From Phoronis australis (lineage: Eukaryota > Animalia > Phoronida): DNA of 47,964 bases. The DNA is taken from NCBI GenBank assembly GCA_002633005.1, contig NMRA01000019.1, positions 1-47,964 on the forward strand. The letters are read 5' to 3'. Both the position numbers and the translations under genes were made by a program. The notes below the pieces were generated by a model, which was not told the origin of the DNA, searched no databases, and worked only from the letters and a program-made list of their open reading frames with translations. Position 1 is the stretch's first letter. Each line of letters starts with the position of its first letter. Positions 24,701 to 33,869 of the stretch are shown here, piece after piece.

Positions 24701-27700
24701 TATCATTTGATTCGTTTTCATTTTATGCTGCAGCTTTCGTCTTTTTTCATGAAAACCTTATAAGTCCTATTTTTGATAGCCCCTCATGCAAAACTGGAAC
24801 ATTCTAAAAACTCTTCCTAACAGTACATAAACCATTATGTATCTGAATATTTCATATGAATTCGAACAGCCATTTTGGAGACACGATGTTTAGAAACTAA
24901 GTCAAGTTTGGATATTTCCCTAGGACCTACATTACCTTAAGCTGGATTGAATTGCACATTAGGGCTGTCCCAGCAAAATCTGTGTGGGAGGGGGGGGAAG
25001 GCAACTGAAATAAAAATTTATGGGTGGTTGCGTTTGACTTAAATTCAAAATGGCTGGTGGTCGTACTTCAAAAAAATTAAAATTTACAGGTCGTTGTTGT
25101 TTCATTGGGCCATAAATGTTTGATGGTGGGTAATTTTAGTAAATTTTATAAACAATCTGCACAGAATCAAAAACTGAAACAAAAATGCAACTTGCAAAGA
25201 CCTCCGACTTTTTCACTCCCTCCGATCTCCTCATCGGCATGCCCATAACACCATTTAACCACAGGTGCTCGAATTTCTCGATGGCTAATATAAATAACTA
25301 TATATAAGAAACATGTTTTCTTAGTAATGAATGACGTTAGTGGTGATGGAGGAACAGATAAACTCAAGCGCCTGTGCAGTCAACCACAAGAACAAAAAAA
25401 ATTACCGGTGGTTGCATTTCAAACTTATAAAAAATTACGGGTGGTAGGCTGAAGAAATAAATGAAAAATATGGGTGGTGGGTGCAAAAAAAGGTGCCTTC
25501 CCCCCTCCCATACAGATTTTACTGGAACAGCCCTTAGGGTGATTATGTTATGATTTACTGAATAAGTTATGTGTATTATTCGCTTATTTACAACAAACTC
25601 TGGAGTGCTGCATTTCTCATTAAGATTGTTTTGTAAGTAGACAACTGGTTTTACATGAGATTTGCTTTACGAGATGATGTTTTCTTTAAATGCCATTTCA
25701 TTCCTCAATCTTATTTCTCTCATCTCTATTTCACAGGGCCACAATTGCAGTCATTGGCATCTGTTGGCTGATCATCTGTACAGCCTTTATCGGTTATATC
25801 CGTCAGTCGGCGTAAGTGACATTTTTCAAGTTTCCGTAACGACTTCATTTGCAAAGCATAGCAAAACATCCACAGCAACCTGTGCTGTGATACACTAGGA
25901 AATTGCATATACCAAAGCCCGAATCTTATTCCCTGGACAAAATGCCACTTAGTTATTATTAAGTAAAAACAGGGACTTGGGGCCTGTTTTATTAAAGGTT
26001 CGCTTGCAGCTAGGATGGTCGTAACATTGATTTTAACTTGCACACAGTTATCAATAACATTGGCTTGTTAAGTCTGAATGTTAAAAATCAACTTAACACA
26101 AGTTGCAGCATTTGTGATAACATGCCTACGGTCGAATTTACGACCTTTGTTAAAACTAGCCCGTGTTGCATGATGTGAAGTGCCCTTGTTGGCTAGAGGC
26201 CATAAAGAAATTGAATTCCGAGTCACTGGAAATTCAATTGGCTTTTCAAGAAGCATCACAAGAGCATTGACGACCTGCAGTTACCAACTCCAGGATTGGG
26301 TTGTGCAATACTTTTAAGACTTTTTGTTGGATCAGTTTGATTGTTTCATCAGGTCATTGTTGCTATCCAGCACATGATATAACTTTTATACAACTGAAGG
26401 CAGGATCGAATTCTTGACGTCTCTCCTCTATTGTCCTGGAACACTCCTGTTTGCTTGAATTGAAAATTTTGCTTTCTTTTCCAGCTTTAAAAAATTCCTC
26501 AATCAGTACGTTAGTTTGATGTGTTATCGTATTCTTGCCCGGGCATTCTCAGCGGTCATCAAATTTCACAACATTGAGAATCGGGCGCAAGGCGGAGGAA
26601 TATGTGTGGCTAATCACACATCACCAATTGACGTCGTTATTCTGTCGGTAGACAACTGTTACGCCATGGTAAAGTATAACGAGGCATTGTGTCATAATAG
26701 AATCATGATAGTTAGAACATACAGCTTCTTATAATTATGTCTGAAAGCTACAGCCAGGGTTCGTATTGTTTGAGAAAATGGTGACAGTGTTCCACAGAGT
26801 ACTGTTAGATGTACATCTTTTGAGTAAAATGTGGGTTTGTGGCATAGACAAAATTTGAGGGCTAGCGTAGACAAAATGTGGGGACTGGCAGGGACAAAAT
26901 GTGGGGACTGGCATAAACAAAATGTGGGGACCGCCACAAACAAAATGTGGAGACTGGCATTTACTAAATGTGGCGACTGCTATATACAAAATGTGGGGAC
27001 TGGCATAGACAAAATGTGGGGACTGGCCGGGACAAAATGTCGGGACTGGCATAAACAAAATGTGCGGACTGGCATAAACAGAAAATGAATCAGTGCATGG
27101 TATATTGATGAAAACTACTCCGTTGACATTTACACGTAATAAAAGAATTTGAAACTAAACTGTTACGACTCAAATAAAAACTTTAGAAAGAGTTATTAAA
27201 TTTATCACAATCTTTTCCATGGTGCTTAGGGTTGCGGAACATTAAAAGCTTTCTTACAAAAAATTATATGATCTATTTGCATTTGACTTCCTTTCACTTG
27301 CCATACTGACTTGAGTAAATGCGCCTAAGTTAATGGACTCGTGGAACGTAGCCTCCCCCATGTTGTGTACTGTGTAGCGATCTCGCCATGACTTGATGTT
27401 TTGTCGTCTAGGTGGGACAGAGTCACGGAGGCTTCCTTGGTATAATGCAGCGAGCAATGGCCAGGGCCACAGATCACGTGTGGTTCGAACGGTCAGAAAT
27501 GCATGACAGGGCGCACGTGGGTAACAGGCTAAAAGAGCACGTGGCAGACAAAAATAAACTGCCAATTTTAATATTTCCCGAAGGTGTGTTGGCAGTTGTT
27601 GCCTCGTTTTTATCTCTTATTTCATTGCGTGTTTAGCGCATTTTCATAAAGGTGTTCATTGAATGTATTTAGTGTACAGAAAGAGTCACCTAACTTTGTG

Positions 27701-30700
27701 ACTATTGATTGCTTAAGTTACTAGTTACTTTACTATGTGGATTTCTATGTTCAGCATCTTGAGACGTTTCTCATTTTAATCACCTTCAAGTTGGTACTTA
27801 TACCCACACTGCCTTCTGGCGCAATTCCACACGTTTCTGTATAGAATTTGCAAGTGTTAAAAATGTGTCCTTTGGTTCTAGGAACGTGTATTAATAACAC
27901 GTCAGTGATGATGTTTAAAAAGGGCAGTTTTGAAGTTGGTGGCGTGATATACCCAGCGGCCATTAAGGTATATTTCTGTGTTGTGAATAGTTCAGTTACT
28001 TACACTTTTAAATATTAACCTCTGGCGTGCCTCAAGCTTTCTATATGACTGACCTGAACACATCAGCCTCTTACTGGGTGTGTTTTTGACACAAGGCACA
28101 GGTTTTTTATACCTTTAGGCAGTGCTTGCACAGAGTAATCAAACTGGGGTGATAGTCACTTACAGAGACCCAGATTTGAACCTCTTGTATCCACTGAATA
28201 ACTGGTGCTCAAAATCTGAGGAACCGTGTGACTTGGCCAAAATGGACCAAGAGTCAAAGTTCAATTATATGTGGAGCTTCAATGGACATCTATTGTTACT
28301 GAACTCTCAAACGATGTTTGTTGTGTTTTGTAACTATAAAGAGAAATTTTTGTGTCATGGACGCAGAACCTGAGTAGCAAATAACTGTAATTTGACAGTC
28401 ACGCTGTAGTGCAAGATTGTTTGCTTATACAAATTTACGTTTAGCAGAACAAGGTCGTATGGTTTGTTTATTCGAATGGTGCTGCTGACTTACTGAGAAC
28501 ACACGCTAGTTATTAAAATCCATAGCTACGCCATCTGGTGTCTTTATTGTCATTTTGATGGTACACTAATCTTTTCTCAGTTCTCTACAAAAATATGACG
28601 GAGAAGCAGATTTTTGTCTTGTCAAATTTCACAACAGAAAAGTTGATTAAATTTTACATGATTATATTTTGTACTGTTCAACTGTCATTAAACATTGGCA
28701 AAATAGAGAACTTTCGTCACACAGCAATCAACATTCAACAAAGAAAATCATTTCGACTAGTGTTCTGTGTGAAATTGAATAACGTTTAGTTGCATTGTGA
28801 AAGATTAGTAACTGCTGCTGTGACGTGTTGTCTCACCTTGTTGTGTTACAGTATGACCCTCGGTTTGGTGACGTGTTCTGGAACAGTAGTATGTTTAGTA
28901 TGGTCCAACACATCTTCATGTTGCTTACAAGTTGGGCTATTGTGTGTGACGTATGGTACCTGGCTCCTGAACAGAAAAGGGTAATGTCCTCCTCGCTACC
29001 ATTGGGAGTGCAATTAAATTTTGTACAGAAGACTACTTCACAAATTTTTCGTTAGCAAATAGTTTGAATAATCCTCTTGGCTAACGGTCATTTTTCTTGC
29101 GGCTAATGCATGCATTATGATAATGATGATGAAAGTGTTTGGGATGACGAGACTAAGATGAGAAAATAGAGTAACGAATTGGCACTGATAGCTTGATTTT
29201 GTATGCTGTATTTTAGACCTTGTGAATTAGTGACAGAGTGTCGCATATAACTTGATGTTGTATAATTTATTTTAATATGTATATCCATTTTGTAAAGCTG
29301 AGGTTCATTTAAACATCCTATTCAGTTTTAGCATTTGTGTCACATTGATACACTATTGGTTTGAAATCTTACTTTCTGTATCCAGTGTGTTATCTAATTG
29401 AATTTTGATAATTTCGTGCAGTCACGTCAATATAATTTTAATTGTTTTTTGATTTAAATTTGTAGGAAGATGAGACATCTGTTCAGTTTGCCAATAGGAT
29501 TAAGGCGTTGATTGCTGAAAAAGGCGGTCTTGTCGATTTAGACTGGTATGTATTGCCTTGTCATCATCGACTATATTGTAAAGGGGTTTTTCTATAACAA
29601 ATTGTGTTTGAGTACAAAATTATATTTTTTGTGTGACCATTGGACAAGTGGGATCATTTTTTGTGTAAATGAGCACATAGTTGTGCTCACAGAAAATAAT
29701 TTTGTCACTGGACTGCTTCATCTTGTGCATGTAAACAGCACTGATCTGCACTTGCCATGGTGAGACCAAGCTCTGTCATTCTTGTCAATATACAGTATGA
29801 AACTCCAAAGTTTTCAGCTTGCAGTAAAACTTGCACAAGGGTGGTCTGATCCAACTAGATTTTATCCTGGTCAGGCAAAGGAAAACCAGCCAAATTGTAG
29901 ATTTTTATCAAGAGTTCAACAAAAATTCGACTCGTGCATGTTCAATTTATGCATGTTTTATTTGTTCTGTCGTAAGCCTCTCTGTGGATAGTTCTGTGCT
30001 CAAAGCTCGATATACACAAGACCATTATGCCGTCATCTCTGTCCGTCCGTCCGTCTGTCCATCCGGGCGGCGTCCGTCCGGCGTCCGCTGCTCTATCTCC
30101 AAAACCCTTTGACATACGTTCATGAAATTTGGCACATATGTTCCATTCATGAATGGGATGGCATGTGCAAACTTTCGGACGGATCCGACTACCGGTGTGC
30201 CCCCTAGTGGCAATTTTAGTTTTTTACGCTTACCTTTGTATCTTCAAAAGTTCTGAACGGATTTTCATGAAATTTGGTATGTAGGCACCTAGTAGTGAGA
30301 TGACGCTATCCTGCCGTTTTCAGATGGATTTGATATAGTTTGCGCCACCTAATGGCCATTTTTAGTGTTTTCGAGTCTGTTTTTGTGCGTCCACCCCTCT
30401 ATCAACCAAACCGCTCAAAGGATGATTGTGNAGCTTGATTTTGTATGGTGTATTTTAGACCTTGTGAATTAAGTGACAGAGTGTCGCATATAACTTGATG
30501 TTGTATAATTTATTTTGGAATGTATATCCATTTTGTAAAGCTGAGGTTCATTTAAACATCCTATTCAGTTTTAGCATTTGTGTCACATTGATACATTATT
30601 GGTTTGAAATCTTACTTTCTGTATCCAGTGTGTTATCTAATTGAATTTTGATAATTTCGTGCGGTCACATCAATATAATTTTTGTTTTTTGATTTAAATT

Positions 30701-31474
30701 TGTAGGAAGATGAGACATCTGTTCAGTTTGCCAATAGGATTAAGGCATTGATTGCTGAAAAAGGCGGTCTTGTCGATTTAGACTGGTATGTATTGCCTCG
30801 TCATCATCGACTATATTGTAAAGGGGTTTTTCTATAACAAATTGCGTTTGAGTACAAAATTATATTTTTTGTGTGACCATTGGACAAGTGGGATCATTTT
30901 TTGTGTAAATGAGCACATAGTTGTGCTCACAGAAAATAATTTTGTCACTGGACTGCTTCATCTCTTGCATGTAAACAGCACTGATCTGCAGTTGCCATGG
31001 TGAGACCAAGCTCTGTCATTCTTGTCAATATACAGTATGAAACTCCAAAGTTTTCAGCATGCAGTAAAACTTGCACAAGGTTGGTCTGATCCAACTAGAT
31101 TTTATCCTGGTCAGGCAAAGGAAAACCAGCCATATTGTAGAATTTTATCAAGAGTTCAACATAAATTCGACTCATGCATGTTTTATTTGTTCTGTCGCAA
31201 GCCTATCTGTGGATAGTTCTGTGCTCAAAGCTCGATATACACAAGACCGTTGAACGTCTCATTGCGGCTTTCCTGCGATGTTGGGAATGATTTTTTAGAG
31301 TTGAATTTTCCAAGTGTCTTACTAGTTTTCCAACCTGCTTGAAATTCATATTTTGACTAAGCAAATTTTTTCCTTTGTAGGGATGGTGCATTGAAAAGAT
31401 CAAAACCAAAGCCAACCATGATACAGAACGTTCAACGCGACTATAGTACCAAACTGGCCAAGAAAACTGAGTAG
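15606..31474 (+). CDS. GPAT4: Glycerol-3-phosphate acyltransferase 3/4 (microsomal GPAT), multi-exon gene; first coding exon not seen
   Basis: 11 phase-compatible GT-AG exons; motifs NHTSPID, VWFER, IFPEGTC, MFKKGSF, YDPRFGD. GPAT3 versus GPAT4 cannot be resolved (probably a pro-ortholog). Confidence 0.95.
15830..16200. mobile_element. Degenerate dispersed repeat related to 24424-24940
   Basis: 16040-16195 aligns by eye to 24760-24912. Confidence 0.5.
16455..16800. repeat. ~26-bp minisatellite
   Basis: aacaggtgaacattataatatacagt repeated about 12 times. Confidence 0.9.
16832..16968 (+). CDS. GPAT4: GPAT3/4 exon (VKVIERE...EFQLSDSMYFVKSGIE)
   Basis: Conserved EF.LSD..YF...G.E; AG/GT borders. 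Confidence 0.9.
17878..18540. other. Assembly gap
   Basis: Run of N. Confidence 1.
18541..18805 (-). CDS. THAP domain of Kolobok transposase, uninterrupted up to the gap
   Basis: MPHCCCVPGC..LHRFP..W..RVCGKHF..RLK, complete C2CH signature. Confidence 0.8.
18541..19069 (-). mobile_element. Second Kolobok copy, 5' end (remainder in gap)
   Basis: Reverse complement homologous to 10180-10705; TTAA at 19070-19073. Confidence 0.88.
20187..20287 (+). CDS. GPAT4: GPAT3/4 exon (AIIDDDVTKCFAAEELSSWNLLTRTN)
   Basis: Conserved EEL.SWNLL.RTN motif. Confidence 0.93.
20545..20753 (-). mobile_element. Degenerate tRNA-derived SINE
   Basis: Minus strand begins with A-box-like TGACCTAATGAG and B-box-like GGATTAAAATCC at tRNA-like spacing; boundaries approximate. 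Confidence 0.45.
22705..23680. repeat. Old element with degenerate inverted arms (~22705-22840 and ~23535-23680)
   Basis: aatgaaagctc...atcaaaagtctcagaaaatc...gtggaacccc recurs in reverse complement. Confidence 0.55.
24151..24216 (+). CDS. GPAT4: GPAT3/4 exon (FRLTLLWGTGFVLRYFFLLPFR)
   Basis: Transmembrane segment; AG/GT borders; phase fits. Confidence 0.92.
24428..24936. mobile_element. TTAA-flanked non-autonomous element (Kolobok-like MITE)
   Basis: ttaaGG...CCttaa ends and a second partial copy near 16100; TIR match is weak. Confidence 0.45.
24962..25533. mobile_element. PIF/Harbinger (Tourist-like) MITE (572 bp)
   Basis: ~42-bp TIRs GGGCTGT.CCAG.AAAATCTGT.TGGGAGGGGGGGAAGGCA; 3-bp TTA TSD on both sides. 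Confidence 0.88.
25737..25811 (+). CDS. GPAT4: GPAT3/4 exon (ATIAVIGICWLIICTAFIGYI)
   Basis: 75-nt transmembrane exon; AG/GT borders. Confidence 0.92.
26485..26668 (+). CDS. GPAT4: GPAT3/4 exon with motif I (NHTSPID)
   Basis: GGICVANHTSPIDVVIL. Confidence 0.96.
26828..27085. repeat. 23-bp minisatellite
   Basis: caaaatgtggggactggcataga repeated about 11 times. Confidence 0.92.
27412..27583 (+). CDS. GPAT4: GPAT3/4 exon (VGQSHGG...LPILIFPEG)
   Basis: Motifs II and III. Confidence 0.96.
27882..27967 (+). CDS. GPAT4: GPAT3/4 exon (TCINNTSVMMFKKGSFEVG...AIK)
   Basis: Highly conserved; AG/GT borders. Confidence 0.96.
28852..28980 (+). CDS. GPAT4: GPAT3/4 exon (YDPRFGDVFWNSS...VWYLAP)
   Basis: Conserved; AG/GT borders. 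Confidence 0.95.
29466..29545 (+). CDS. GPAT4: GPAT3/4 exon (EDETSVQFANRIKALIAEKGGLVDLDW), copy 1
   Basis: 80-nt exon; AG/GT borders. Confidence 0.85.
30025..30430 (+). mobile_element. Helentron-associated (HINE/DINE-1-like) element, 5' part
   Basis: Starts at a TT, has a (GTCC)n microsatellite near the end and repeated ttcatgaaatttgg cores; absent from the other copy of the duplication. Confidence 0.7.
30706..30785 (+). CDS. GPAT4: GPAT3/4 exon, copy 2 (same peptide)
   Basis: Differs from copy 1 by a synonymous GCG/GCA change. Confidence 0.85.
31381..31474 (+). CDS. GPAT4: GPAT3/4 last coding exon (DGALKRSKPK...LAKKTE*)
   Basis: WDG.LKR motif; TAG at 31472-31474. Confidence 0.93.
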
Positions 31475-32430
31475 CTGAATGGCAAGTCACCAAATGTGAT
31501 TGACGACAACGGCATAAGCCAGTTTGTGTTCTACCGCTCAACTGTTTTATCATTTTACCTAGTCTTTTAACATTTCACAGTGATGAGACAATATTCACCT
31601 GCCATTCTCTGTGTGATGTTGAATTTACATTACTGTGTAATATTTTAACTTCACTGCTTAAATTCTCATCCTCCTGTTGCGTGAATTCTAACCTGAACTG
31701 ATTTTCAGTCATTGTTTGTGATCTAGAACACTTGTTTGGTGCATTTTGAATTTACCAGACACTGTGTATGTGTCGGGTTTTTAATAATCTAGTCCAGTAA
31801 ATTATTTTAGGGTACATTTATGGATATTTTGATCTGTTCAAAGCTAAGTTTAGTCAAGTTGGGCGAGACCTTGAATATAACTCTCGATTGGTGATGTGCT
31901 TGGTGTTAGCTATACAAGGCTATTTTGGCAACTTATTCCTGAAATGACTGGTACTTTTTATTAGCTTGCTCTTATACAAAACAAATGCCTGTAATTCACC
32001 TGTAAACTGTTTCTACATTCATTAAAAGTAACTTTGCAGTGTTAAAGTATTTCTCTGCATTTTAGTCTGTGCTCTTAACTGGTCAGTCCAAGAATTAGTA
32101 TGCCATCTTTGTTTCAAATTTGAAAAGTACTAGTGTGTACAAATCGTCTATGTATAGTAAGAGTATGGCAGTTACTTTAAATTGTTGTAAACAGTGATAT
32201 TGAATGTCAAAAGTAGTATACCGGTGACTTCCATTGTGGCCGAATGGATTCCTGTTGGATTTATTTTCATTGGTTGTACGAGTTGTGTAGTAATTGCATT
32301 ATTGCACGGACATGTTTCAACTGAATTTTATAACGTACATTTTATCTGATCTATGTATATGCGTCTTGAACTCAAATCCTTAGAAGAATATGTGTTGGGT
32401 GTATAGAGAAGATAACACATTAAGATGCCA

Positions 32431-32446
32431 AATAAACATTTTTATT
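32431..32446. terminator. Back-to-back candidate poly(A) signals: AATAAA on + (32431-32436) and on - (32441-32446)
   Basis: aataaacatttttatt between the two convergent genes; base skew changes from T-rich to A-rich near here. Confidence 0.5.
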
Positions 32447-33668
32447 TTTACTTTCGTTTTCTGGCATTCATGGGTGGAATGGTTCAGATCATACTTAATA
32501 TTTGGAACAAAAATACGGTAACATAGGTTTTTTAAACGCACACCAACACACACACAGTATCACTGAAGTATATAACAATGCATTAATATCAACTTTCATT
32601 AACTAAAATTCAAACATAAAAATAATTTACATAAAATAGTAAAGTTCAGCAATAACAAGGCAACTCGTCAACATTCTTATTCATAACAGTAACGAATAGA
32701 AATTATTTCCGCGTTGTCGAGACCACACATTTCAAGGGTCTGGCAATGGCTGCTCGAGTTTCATATGGTCACACCTAGGAATCAATTGAAAACAAATTTA
32801 ATTCAAAATTTCAGTTCAGACTTGGGGTACTAAATGTACTGACATACAGGAATACAATTACCTATATCCTGGCTACCGGCTTTGACAGCAAAACGGCTAT
32901 TGGTGTAAAAGGTATTCAATAGTGTAGAATGTCTTCACAGAATTTATATATGACTGTCCAGGTTGCTTAGCTTACTGAGGTATCATAAATTTGTGTGTAT
33001 TTAGACCCATTAGCAAATAACGGAAACGATGATTTTCACTAGAAATATATTTATGCTTGCCTGCAGTAAAACAACTTTTTCAGGAACGAAGTCTTGAATG
33101 AAGGTTTTGGGAACCCCAAATGAATAAGACCAGTCAAATTTGCTAGCATATGTGAATTTATTCCACCAGGAGACTACAAAAACCATGGAACATGGGTCAA
33201 CCATGGAATATGAATTGGCTCTACTTTCCCGAAATTCCATGGTATATTCTATGGCCGTATTCACACATATACGGGATATTTACAGCTTCGGAAATATCAA
33301 CATTAAACCATAATCAACAATCCTAGAAATACACACTTCTTTAACAAATAATAATGTCTGAACATTGAATATTCAGTAAATTCATCCATTCACACACGAT
33401 GATTGTTTTAGTTTATTTGGCACTCTCTGACTCAGGAAAATATTTTATGCAAAACAAGTGAAATAGTACACTACCGATAAGAGAACATCAGGTTATTTGT
33501 CCCCCAAGTGTTTTTATAACGATTTTCGAAATGAATATTCTTAGTAACGACAATGCAAAGTTCAAAAATATTTTCTGACCAGACCATGAACACCACAAAT
33601 TCGCAATATAAACAAAAGGCTGTTCCCTGTCATTTAACAAAGAATGCCAATCTGCTACTGACCTTAAT

Positions 33669-33869
33669 TCACTCCTGGAACAGATCTGGACAGTGCATCT
33701 GGTCAATTTTAGCGTTGTTCTCTATGATTAGTTTATTCATCTCATCGACGTATGCGGCAATGTGGTCAGCAAGACTGGGATGTTTGGTCTGCCGGTCTCC
33801 CATCATACTGACATACTGGTTGCCATTGTAAAACCACCCCTCTGGAAGGGGGTCCAAGTGGTGCTTGGT
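33669..33869 (-). CDS. DNAAF9: DNAAF9 last coding exon (TKHHLDPLPEGWFYNG...DLFQE*)
   Basis: Conserved C-terminus; cag acceptor. Confidence 0.92.
   Translation of the reverse strand, partial: TKHHLDPLPEGWFYNGNQYVSMMGDRQTKHPSLADHIAAYVDEMNKLIIENNAKIDQMHCPDLFQE

Larger units (their letters stand above)
29190..31248. repeat. Near-identical duplication 29190-30023 / 30432-31248 across a single N (likely two haplotypes)
   Basis: Copies differ by scattered SNPs and indels; N at 30431. Confidence 0.9.

Noticed and set aside
26692-27088. Repetitive Cys/Pro-rich ORFs on both strands
   Set aside because: Translations of the 23-bp intronic minisatellite
29466-30785. Mutually exclusive alternative GPAT exons
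   Set aside because: Identical peptide, near-identical flanking introns and an N join point to an assembly artefact
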